From: a virus
Lineage: Duplodnaviria; Caudoviricetes
IMG/VR virus record: IMGVR_UViG_3300037258_000061
Coordinates: 1-50,445 of that record
DNA: 50,445 bases
Reading direction: 5' to 3' (one strand)
Shown here: positions 32,895-41,336 of the stretch, one piece after another
Layout of the letters: the number at the start of each line of letters is the position of its first letter
How positions within the stretch are numbered: the first letter of the stretch is position 1
Translations under genes and position numbers: made by a program
Notes under the pieces: generated by a model
Told to the model about the DNA's origin: nothing
The model's database searches: none
What the model saw: only the letters and a program-made list of their open reading frames with translations

Positions 32895-34493
32895 TTAAAC
32901 TGTCCACCAATTTGTGCCGTCATACTCTATGGTCATTTTTGAATATTGTGTTATCAAAGTTGGATTAGCTGCTCCATCTATAGTTCCGACTATAGTTAGA
33001 ACAGTAGTTCCATCTGACTTTTTAAAAGTATGTCTCTGGCCAGCATAAGCCTGAGTTGAAAGTGTTACAGAGAATGTGCCAGTGGTTACAATCATTCCAT
33101 CGGTGGGCAGAAGAGTATAGTTAGCACTCTTAGCAGCTACCTGCGAGCTAGGAAATACTCCGGCTCCTCTCATAGAAGTTATAGCAGCATACGAGTCTGC
33201 GAGTTTGGCAATATTAGCGGGGTCTAAGGCGGCGATATATAATTCTGCAATTCCGATGTTAGTCATTGCAAGTGCAGCAGTAATAGCTGCGTAACTCTCG
33301 CCTTGCTCATTTACTACATAGAACCCGTTGATAGTCATTCGCTCAAGAGTTAGAGCCGCAGTCGCAGATAGCAACGGAGTACCGGTATTATTACCAGCCA
33401 TAGTTCTGGAAATTCGACAGTTATTCAGTGTGATCGCAGAGATAGTGGCAGCAAAATTACAGAGCAAGAATGAGCCAGCCCCTGTGGGACTTAGCCAGGT
33501 ACAGTTAGAAAACTCGATGTCTCCTAGACCACCTTGTAGTTGTACGTAATTTCCGGCAGTACTAAATACATTATTACTTGCAATCAGTTTACGTACTAGA
33601 TCGCCAGTGTTAGGCACAGTAGTACTACCAAGAATGAACACACTAGTGGTTGTGCTACCAGCGTTGTCTGCAATTACTACTTTGCCAACTTGTCCTTCGA
33701 CGTTGCCATATACTCTAAATGCGTTCAAACAATTGAATATTGTGTTATTGCTAACTACTGCATCGTCTATCAAACCGCCGTAGCCCTCAAACGCATTAAG
33801 TGCAATAGCATCATCAGAACCATTGTTATCAATATAATTACCCTTGATTCGTATAGCAGATGCAGGACCATCAATGTGAACACCATCTTGATTGAAAGTA
33901 TCTGTCACATTTGGATTTATGATCGTATTGTTCTGAACTACAGCATCAGAACAGTTATTCAATCTAATCTCATAGGCTGCTGAATCGTAGAGATACATAT
34001 CCTCAATACGAACGCCGTTAAGATTTGCTAGATTGATATTGCAATACCAATATGTACCAGTTACTCCACGGGGATCACCTGAAGTTGAATTTCCAGTTGT
34101 TCCATCTCCACGATTGCCATTTATCATGAAGTTTCGCAGGCATACATTCTCACCGCTGGCTGGAGGAGTGGTATCTTGATCGAACGGAAGAATTTTTCCG
34201 TTATTAATCGGATCGGCATTAGAACCTGACGCTATCCAGATACCAGAATCCCACCCTATTCCTTCGATAGTAGTATGGCCAGCTACTGCAACTACTAAAC
34301 CAGTTACTAATGAAGGACCGTCTAGAATTAACTTAAGCGGATTTGTAGCAGAAGCACCAGCTAGAAATTTATTAAGCGCAACAGTGTTATCGGTGGCCGT
34401 TCCGCCACCAATCTTGGCTCCAGTCGCTAAGTCACAATCCAGCACAACACCAGCTATAGAAGATGCTTTTACTTCATTGAATGGCTGATTCAT
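32895..34493 (-). CDS. Tailspike/depolymerase, pectate-lyase-like right-handed beta-helix
   Basis: TDNTVALN, DGVHIDG, DDAIAL and Asn-ladder repeats; C-terminal YDGTNW domain. Confidence 0.85.
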   Translation of the reverse strand: MNQPFNEVKASSIAGVVLDCDLATGAKIGGGTATDNTVALNKFLAGASATNPLKLILDGPSLVTGLVVAVAGHTTIEGIGWDSGIWIASGSNADPINNGKILPFDQDTTPPASGENVCLRNFMINGNRGDGTTGNSTSGDPRGVTGTYWYCNINLANLNGVRIEDMYLYDSAAYEIRLNNCSDAVVQNNTIINPNVTDTFNQDGVHIDGPASAIRIKGNYIDNNGSDDAIALNAFEGYGGLIDDAVVSNNTIFNCLNAFRVYGNVEGQVGKVVIADNAGSTTTSVFILGSTTVPNTGDLVRKLIASNNVFSTAGNYVQLQGGLGDIEFSNCTWLSPTGAGSFLLCNFAATISAITLNNCRISRTMAGNNTGTPLLSATAALTLERMTINGFYVVNEQGESYAAITAALAMTNIGIAELYIAALDPANIAKLADSYAAITSMRGAGVFPSSQVAAKSANYTLLPTDGMIVTTGTFSVTLSTQAYAGQRHTFKKSDGTTVLTIVGTIDGAANPTLITQYSKMTIEYDGTNWWTV

Positions 34494-36259
34494 CGAGCCC
34501 CCGCGGCTGTGTAATTGGTTTCATCCGTTTGAGATAACAAACGGTTATAGATACGTGTATAGGCTATAACACCAGCAATCAAAGGTTGAGTGCCATCTGT
34601 GCGAGCGCCAAGACTTACACTCTTAGTGTTGACAAGGCTTCCAGTAAGTGTATCTTCAACAGGACTATTGTTGGTACACAATATTCCATCGATATAGAAA
34701 GCCACTCCGGCTGCTGTCTTACTTCCATCATAAGCCATAGTAACTCTATGAGTAGTTGCTGTGGTCAATACTGTAGTAGTTCCAACTTCTATGGCATTAG
34801 ACGGGTAGTCATTTACTAGAAAAGCATGAAGGTGAAATGCAGTTCCACCTGTAGCATCGATGGTAAATTCCCAGCCAATAAAATTATTATTTGGATCAAG
34901 CGTACTTGCTATAGTACGTTCGGATGTAGCGGCACCAGTGATATTAACATAAGCTGATACACTAAATGGAGTTGCGCCGTTGAAATTGGTAGCGGTCTGA
35001 TTCACGCCTGTAGTGTAGGCAGTGGCACTAAATAACGGAGTAAGTCCGGGTAAAGAAGAAGTAGACTGCCAAGTCAATGTACCAGTCTGCAACGTTTCTA
35101 TATTACTAGTACCACATCCGTCAGCAAAAGTAGTTCCTGTACCATCAGTCATTGGCCAGCATTCAACCATTCCTTGATTGATAGTACCTACAGTTAGAGT
35201 AGGACTAGTTGAATGCGAATTAGTTCCGTCATTACCAGTCACACTAAATGTAGTACTTGCAGGAGTCTGGCTGAATGGAAAACTTATTGTAAGAGTATTA
35301 CTGCCAGCCCCAGTAATAGTCGTGGGACTAAAAACTCCTGTCATTCCAGAAGCTAATCCGCTATCAGTATACGAAGCTGTTCCACTATAACCACCGGATA
35401 TAGATTGATTTATAGTGAAAGTAGGAGATTGAGTCCCACTCATAGTGGGCTCGTAAATCTGAGTCGAGGGACTAGAAGATACACTGAAAGCAGCAGCAAT
35501 AGCTGAAGTAGCAGTAAATGTACAAATATAAGTACCAGCTGAAGGTACTGTAATACTTGTATCGTTAGCATCTACTGATGTAGCAGTCCAGACCGCAAAA
35601 CTAGAGCTAGTGTAGCAGGTTACCTGTGGATAGAGAGAATTTAGATTATGCTGGAAAGTAAAAGAACCTGCACCAGAATAAATGTTTTCGAGTGTGACAG
35701 AAGTTCCACCGCTTCCACCACCACTGTTATTCCAAGTAGTGCCATTCCAAGTTCTACTCACACCGCTTATCAGATTGAAATAAGTTCCACCGATAGGTGG
35801 ATTTACAATCTCAACATCTGCATAAGCTCGCGTACCAAAAGCTATCGGAATACGAATAGCTTTAATCAGCCCATTGATATATGTGCTAAGACTCTGGCTT
35901 GAACCACTTATTGTTGTTGGAGTTATAGTTTGGGCGGGTGCTGTAGCTGCACTGGTAATTGTAATTGCCCACTGAGTATTTACAGGAGTAACAGAAGCAT
36001 TAGGGCAGAGCGTAGTTGAAAATGCTCCACTACTGTTTAAACTGGCAGTAACTGTAGTTTGAGCAGGAGTCATCAAAGTTCCACTGCAAAAATAACTTTG
36101 ACCCCCATTTCCAACTAAGTGAAATGTTATACTTCCGTTTGCCCAAGCAATGTTATCTGGATCAGTTACAGTTCCAGTAACAGTTGTTGATGCTGCATTA
36201 GCTGCAACTGCGAAGCCCAATATCAAAGGCAGCAAGCAAAATTTCATGAATTTAGACAT
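34490..36259 (-). CDS. Tail-fibre-like protein with signal peptide and C-terminal LamG/concanavalin domain
   Basis: MSKFMKFCLLPLILGFAVAANA/A signal; FSVSAYV, YDGS, FYIDG and RIYNRLLS LamG motifs; GAGGAG RBS. Confidence 0.8.
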   Translation of the reverse strand: MSKFMKFCLLPLILGFAVAANAASTTVTGTVTDPDNIAWANGSITFHLVGNGGQSYFCSGTLMTPAQTTVTASLNSSGAFSTTLCPNASVTPVNTQWAITITSAATAPAQTITPTTISGSSQSLSTYINGLIKAIRIPIAFGTRAYADVEIVNPPIGGTYFNLISGVSRTWNGTTWNNSGGGSGGTSVTLENIYSGAGSFTFQHNLNSLYPQVTCYTSSSFAVWTATSVDANDTSITVPSAGTYICTFTATSAIAAAFSVSSSPSTQIYEPTMSGTQSPTFTINQSISGGYSGTASYTDSGLASGMTGVFSPTTITGAGSNTLTISFPFSQTPASTTFSVTGNDGTNSHSTSPTLTVGTINQGMVECWPMTDGTGTTFADGCGTSNIETLQTGTLTWQSTSSLPGLTPLFSATAYTTGVNQTATNFNGATPFSVSAYVNITGAATSERTIASTLDPNNNFIGWEFTIDATGGTAFHLHAFLVNDYPSNAIEVGTTTVLTTATTHRVTMAYDGSKTAAGVAFYIDGILCTNNSPVEDTLTGSLVNTKSVSLGARTDGTQPLIAGVIAYTRIYNRLLSQTDETNYTAAGAR

Positions 36260-36276
36260 CGCAGTTCTCCTCGAAA

Positions 36277-37617
36277 TTAGTTATGAACCCCTATACATTC
36301 AATGCTTCCGAAAGAAGCATTACCATCAGAACCTTTTGATACAGTCAGGGTGTTTATTGTAGTAGCTGTTTTAGAACCCCAACCAGTTAAATCTATAGCA
36401 TTTGCTTCTGTACTTGAACCAGAATTAAAAGGTGTTCCTCCCATACAAGTAACTTGATAATTTGTATCAGCAAAACCTCCCCCAGACCACGTTAAAGTAT
36501 CAGAACAAGAAGCACCTGTGGGTGGACCAGAGGGTGTAGTACAACCCGGGGTTATTACAGCAGTTCTAATTACTTGGGTAGATGGAGCAGTTCCATTTGT
36601 ACAAGCTGTAACTCTACCATACGCATCAATAACTTGCGAAGAAGGAGAGGTGCAGGTTTTATTAGCACCTACTTGAGCAGCATCAATCTCAGTTGAATCC
36701 ATACCTGAATCAACAACATTGAAAAAACTAGTAAATGTAAAAATTGGTTCTTGAGGCAACGAAGTTCCAGGAGGAAAATGTATATTCTGATAATATATAC
36801 TAGTACCGACTGGAAGATAAGGTAACGCAGGAATCATTGCTGCAGTTAGCGAGCAAAAGTTAGGTGTAGCTGTAGAAGTAGTACAGTTAGCAAATACCTT
36901 ATTTGCTGCTGCAGTATCTAGAGTAAAAGTTAAATCTGGATTTGTAGGATCACCTCCAAGTGAAGTAGTAAATAGAGGAGGTAAATCACCCGCACTAAGA
37001 GATGCAACTCCAGATAGAAAATTGTGCCAAGCTTGATCTTGTCCCCAATATCTGGGACATCCAATACTTGCACACGAACCACCAACGTTAAGATAAAAAT
37101 AACCTGCGAAACTTGGGTTCGGAGCTACTTCGCTATCATTATAGGCACGATATAAAAACGTTGAAGTAATTTTTAATCCGAGAGTATTCGCAGTGAAATT
37201 TGAACTAAAGTCTATCGAAGATCCCGTAATCGTAAGTGACCTAATGACAGAACATGGTGCTGTTGCGTTAGGACAAATAGTAAGAGTATAAGTACTACCA
37301 GCAGGAGTAATAAAGTTGTTGGATTGAACCCCACTCTGCGAAAAAGCACCGGAGCCGTCCAGACTTCCCTGTGTAAGCCATTCTGACGTAGGAAAAGGAG
37401 CGCCATTCCAATGCACATTATTAGTAGGATTATTAGGATTAGGAACGAATTGTAATGTCCATGTGCCATTTGACCATACCTGTGATGATTGATCTACAGC
37501 AGTTGTAGTTACAGTAGTTGATTGTGCTCCTGCAGGGAGACACATTAACATGAATGCGATAGCTATAGCTATGAAAATCATCCAAGGACTAACTTCAGAG
37601 CGCATTAACTGCCGCAT
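36277..37617 (-). CDS. Tail-fibre-like protein with signal peptide, paralogue of 34490-36259
   Basis: Start ATG 37617 after GGGAGG; IFIAIAIAFMLMCLPAGA/Q signal; IDAYGRVT fibre motif; Cys pairs. Confidence 0.78.
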   Translation of the reverse strand: MRQLMRSEVSPWMIFIAIAIAFMLMCLPAGAQSTTVTTTAVDQSSQVWSNGTWTLQFVPNPNNPTNNVHWNGAPFPTSEWLTQGSLDGSGAFSQSGVQSNNFITPAGSTYTLTICPNATAPCSVIRSLTITGSSIDFSSNFTANTLGLKITSTFLYRAYNDSEVAPNPSFAGYFYLNVGGSCASIGCPRYWGQDQAWHNFLSGVASLSAGDLPPLFTTSLGGDPTNPDLTFTLDTAAANKVFANCTTSTATPNFCSLTAAMIPALPYLPVGTSIYYQNIHFPPGTSLPQEPIFTFTSFFNVVDSGMDSTEIDAAQVGANKTCTSPSSQVIDAYGRVTACTNGTAPSTQVIRTAVITPGCTTPSGPPTGASCSDTLTWSGGGFADTNYQVTCMGGTPFNSGSSTEANAIDLTGWGSKTATTINTLTVSKGSDGNASFGSIECIGVHN

Positions 37618-38011
37618 CGTATTCCTCCCAGTTAACTCCAAGTTCACTAGCCATGAATCTTTCAATACGAGTTGCCGTTTGATGCTGCTTAAAATAGGGA
37701 GCGTTTGGATCATCGCCAGGTTCGTCACACTCGCCGTGCATTCCTTTTGCACGTTCGTCTTCAAACTTGATATCAAAATCAGTTACAGCTTGCTCTTCAA
37801 CTCCATCAAGCCAGCAGAGGAGAGCTTCAACTTGTTCATGCACTGATACGAGCAAATTATACTTATAATTACCCATATCGCTAATGCGAATATGAAGAGT
37901 TGTGTAACGCCAAAACCAGTCGCCAACTGTGGGATAACGTTGGCAGCGATGTGCGATGAATCTAATACTAAGTGCAACTAAATCCTTGCGCGAACCTTTT
38001 CTAACTGGCAT
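37595..38011 (-). CDS. HExxE metal-binding protein (putative metallopeptidase/hydrolase)
   Basis: RYPTVGDW...VHEQVEALLC...EPGDDPNAPYFKQHQTATRIE; TAATG coupling with the ATP-grasp gene. Confidence 0.7.
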   Translation of the reverse strand: MPVRKGSRKDLVALSIRFIAHRCQRYPTVGDWFWRYTTLHIRISDMGNYKYNLLVSVHEQVEALLCWLDGVEEQAVTDFDIKFEDERAKGMHGECDEPGDDPNAPYFKQHQTATRIERFMASELGVNWEEYDAAVNAL

Positions 38012-39318
38012 TAGATCCATCCCATCTCTTTGAGTTTGAAAAATCTCTTCATAATACTTTTTTGTAAATCTGTTCGGTGTTGCATGTCAGGAATCTCAAT
38101 CTTTTCAATGCGAGCATCTAATTGAGCGAATGCACCTTGAGGAGTTGCGCTAACTTCAATAGGACAACAAATCAATCCATTGACGCCAGCGCATACTAGT
38201 TCCGCACTCTTGCCCGAGCCCTGCATCATTACATCATAAAAATAGGTCTTCATTAACTCTTCTTCTGAGTTAATATCAATACCTTTAACTGGAATACCTT
38301 TAACTTTAGCTAACCTGATTTCTGTTGGGTAAGGTGGTATAGTGATTCTTGCCGATACGCCATACTCCGCTTTCCACTTTTGTTCAGGAATTCCACCAGT
38401 TGCCACCCGCTTGAGAAGTTCGCCAAAATCACCACCATACATATTAAACAAAGTAGCTGAAGCATCATAGCCGAAACGAGGAGTCCATTCCAGACCATAT
38501 AGTTTTTCCTCCGTTGCTATCGTATTTAGATCGATCATGCCACGATAACCGAGAGCAGAAAGTACCTCACGAGCTTTAGCTAGACCTTCTGTAAATACAC
38601 GCGAGCCAGGATTTAGAGTAAACACTAAATTACCTGAACATCCTGTATTTGGGCCTATTCCGTCATTCATAAACTTTTTTTCTTCTAGTGTGCAATTCAA
38701 GCAGTAGAAGTCATTTCCGTTAAACCATCCTTCTACGGAAACTTCAATACCGGGCTTAAATTCTTGAAGAATGAAGGGAGAACCTTTAGATAGAAGAAAT
38801 AGTTTATCAATATACTCCAGCATATCAGTATCAGAATAGCTAACATAAGTTGTCCCAGCATCCTGATCTTGCCCACCGTTTGGTTTGTAGACGTATCTTT
38901 TTTTGGTTTCCTTGATAAAAGATTTCGCAGTGGATACATCTGTGAACACCTCCCAGGCGGGCACATCTATACCAGCGTTCTCCATCATTTCTATGCCGAA
39001 GAGTCTATCTTCTTCGAGCATTTTGTGAGTTGAACCATCACCGATTGTAGGTGTTTGGTTGGAACTATGATCGGCTTGTCTCTCTCTTCCAGTAAGATCA
39101 AACACTGAGACATCATACTTAGAGTAATCGGGAAATCCGATGTTTTCATCACTCTTCCTGTTGTCATGAAACTTAACAAATGGAGTGGGAGCTATGCCTT
39201 GCATTACATCAGCATATTTGTTCATACTAAGGTAATAGTCTACAGAATGGCCCTGCATTCGCATAACCGCAGCAAACCAAGCACCATAGCCTGCATAACT
39301 TGACAAGGCAATCTTCAT
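38011..39318 (-). CDS. PurD/GARS-like ATP-grasp ligase
   Basis: YVYKP, ILQEFKPGIEVS, EEKKFMNDGIGPNTG, GMIDLN and LEWTPRFG align with PurD ATP-grasp motifs. Confidence 0.88.
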   Translation of the reverse strand: MKIALSSYAGYGAWFAAVMRMQGHSVDYYLSMNKYADVMQGIAPTPFVKFHDNRKSDENIGFPDYSKYDVSVFDLTGRERQADHSSNQTPTIGDGSTHKMLEEDRLFGIEMMENAGIDVPAWEVFTDVSTAKSFIKETKKRYVYKPNGGQDQDAGTTYVSYSDTDMLEYIDKLFLLSKGSPFILQEFKPGIEVSVEGWFNGNDFYCLNCTLEEKKFMNDGIGPNTGCSGNLVFTLNPGSRVFTEGLAKAREVLSALGYRGMIDLNTIATEEKLYGLEWTPRFGYDASATLFNMYGGDFGELLKRVATGGIPEQKWKAEYGVSARITIPPYPTEIRLAKVKGIPVKGIDINSEEELMKTYFYDVMMQGSGKSAELVCAGVNGLICCPIEVSATPQGAFAQLDARIEKIEIPDMQHRTDLQKSIMKRFFKLKEMGWI

Positions 39319-39356
39319 AGCTCCAACCCCATTTTAATTTTCACTTCGGGTTTTAA

Positions 39357-39503
39357 TTACTTCTTAGGTACGCAAACATCCATACCTTTAGGACCACTGT
39401 TAGGACTACCAGAACCCTTTGGTGTTGCACCGGGTCCGCGCTCAATCTTTTTCTGCATCGAGATTGACTCACTGCGTGACATATTTGCTGACTGTCCAGA
39501 CAT
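39357..39503 (-). CDS. 48-aa Gly/Ser/Pro/Lys-rich peptide (not in the ORF track)
   Basis: TAAGGAGGAAGT-ATG; MSGQSANMSRSESISMQKKIERGPGATPKGSGSPNSGPKGMDVCVPKK. Confidence 0.75.
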   Translation of the reverse strand: MSGQSANMSRSESISMQKKIERGPGATPKGSGSPNSGPKGMDVCVPKK

Positions 39504-39512
39504 ACTTCCTCC

Positions 39513-41336
39513 TTATTGAAAAGTCATTTTCTTCAAGCCACTCATCTTCAATCGCTTGAGTTTGTGAGATTGAGAAGCAGCCTCTTTCTCTTTCTTTGTT
39601 GGAACAAGCGCATGTTTTGCATAACGGCCTAGACCATATGGAAGACCAATTTCAAGAGCATCTCGTTCCGCAGCTTCAGGATGTATTTTCTTTCCTTCGA
39701 TTGCTCTGAATCCAAGTCCACCAAAGTCTTGTAGATATTTTGCTCCAGTTCCCAGCAATGGACCTGCCATCTGCTGAAGTAAAAACCCACGTTGTATACC
39801 TTGAATCAACTCAAATCCAACACCAAATGCACCAAGATGTGCATATGCATCTAGATAAACTCCAGCAAAATCTCTGGCTTTACCAGCAATTGATTCTGAC
39901 TTTTGTCCTGAGAGTTCTTCCCAGTCGTTATGTGCTTCAGCATGAATTGAACTCCACTGTCCACGTCCTACCATTTCAAGCATCTTCAAAGCTTCGCCAG
40001 CGGCTGGAAATAGAACGCCCATAATAGCAATTGACTTTGCTATCTGAGCTACATCTCCAGACTTAAATGCAATTGAAGCTTCATCTCGCATGAACTTAGC
40101 TTGAGATGAGATATATCCATGATACATAGTAAATGCGCGAGTCCAAGCATTCGACTGTGCCTTGTATGAGCGATTCATACTTGTATCTAAAAATATCTTC
40201 TTGTTGACTCCATTCCAGACTGCACGCTCTATTTGATCTGGAGTTAATTTTCCAGTTTCAGCTATCATTTGAAAGTCAGTTGGCTTCATACCATACTGCT
40301 CAAGTCTTGCTCTAGCTAACTTATTTGAAGGGTCGCGAGCAAGCTTATCAGCGTAATCAATAGCACTATGATAAGTAGCAGAACCTGTAAAAGCCATTTG
40401 CCAGTCGCGTACATAGTTGAAACCTGGAGTTGAAGTAACTTTTTGAATTACGTTTTGAAGAGTTCCTGGCAGATGTTTGACAATGGCCCCGTTTCTGCTA
40501 TCTTCAAACGCTCGCATAGCCCTGAGCGCACCTTCTGCTGTGATTCCACTTGCGATATGCTGTTGTTTAAGCTCTGCAAGAGATTTAAGATTTGTTGTTT
40601 CTCCCAATGCCTTAATAAGAGCTGACGTTTGAGTACTTTGAACTGTATTAAAAATAGTACCCAAGTGAGGAAGAGCAATAAGGGGACTAAAGCGAGAAGA
40701 GATAAAATTAGTAGCGGACTTTTCAATTTGGTCCGGTCTGCGATAGTCAGAACTAGTATTATAGTGCTGAACACCCAACTGATCCATAGCGCTATCAAGA
40801 GATATCTCAGATTTCTTTGCAAGCTCTTTAGCTTGTTTATATCTTGGATCGTTTTTCTCAATAACTTGCGAAGCGTTAGTTTTGAATCTACTCTCATGTC
40901 CATGAGTTCCAATTTTCTGATCTTCGTGCAAATACAGAGCAATGTTATCCATCATGTTCTGAGTTGCTATGTGACCATTATTTTGGTGAGATTGATGGGC
41001 AAGGAAAGTTAAAGCAGCATCATGAGAACCAAAGGTAGCTGTGCGAGCAGCAGTTCTTGCTTGACCCAGCAACTCTTGCGACTCAGGCATTTTTGTAATG
41101 ACTTTAGTTGCAAGATCATTTGTTGCTTTGGTATGCAAGCCTGCAAAGATTTGATCACTCTTTTGTCTGTAGCTAGTGAGTAATCCAGCTACATCTCTAC
41201 CTTCTTCAGTCTGGGATAGAGAATGACCTATAGAACGGATATAAGGTTCAGCTTTTTGAGTTGCTTTCGCAAGAAATTCCTTAGCCTGTGGGGCTAAGTC
41301 TTGCAGCAAGTCTCTAACTACGGGAGCACCTGCCAT
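39513..41336 (-). CDS. Putative internal virion/ejection protein
   Basis: 607 aa, helical with C-terminal hydrophobic segments; last of four large genes after the tail genes. Confidence 0.7.
   Translation of the reverse strand: MAGAPVVRDLLQDLAPQAKEFLAKATQKAEPYIRSIGHSLSQTEEGRDVAGLLTSYRQKSDQIFAGLHTKATNDLATKVITKMPESQELLGQARTAARTATFGSHDAALTFLAHQSHQNNGHIATQNMMDNIALYLHEDQKIGTHGHESRFKTNASQVIEKNDPRYKQAKELAKKSEISLDSAMDQLGVQHYNTSSDYRRPDQIEKSATNFISSRFSPLIALPHLGTIFNTVQSTQTSALIKALGETTNLKSLAELKQQHIASGITAEGALRAMRAFEDSRNGAIVKHLPGTLQNVIQKVTSTPGFNYVRDWQMAFTGSATYHSAIDYADKLARDPSNKLARARLEQYGMKPTDFQMIAETGKLTPDQIERAVWNGVNKKIFLDTSMNRSYKAQSNAWTRAFTMYHGYISSQAKFMRDEASIAFKSGDVAQIAKSIAIMGVLFPAAGEALKMLEMVGRGQWSSIHAEAHNDWEELSGQKSESIAGKARDFAGVYLDAYAHLGAFGVGFELIQGIQRGFLLQQMAGPLLGTGAKYLQDFGGLGFRAIEGKKIHPEAAERDALEIGLPYGLGRYAKHALVPTKKEKEAASQSHKLKRLKMSGLKKMTFQ

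Noticed and set aside
37618-37776. N-terminal 53 aa of the 499-aa ORF
   Set aside because: Overlaps the HExxE gene; a strong RBS and signal peptide support the start at 37617
38011-39318. Bona fide purD auxiliary metabolic gene or Z-genome PurZ
   Set aside because: It lacks the PurD N-terminal GSGGREH motif and pur context; PurZ is a PurA homologue, not an ATP-grasp enzyme
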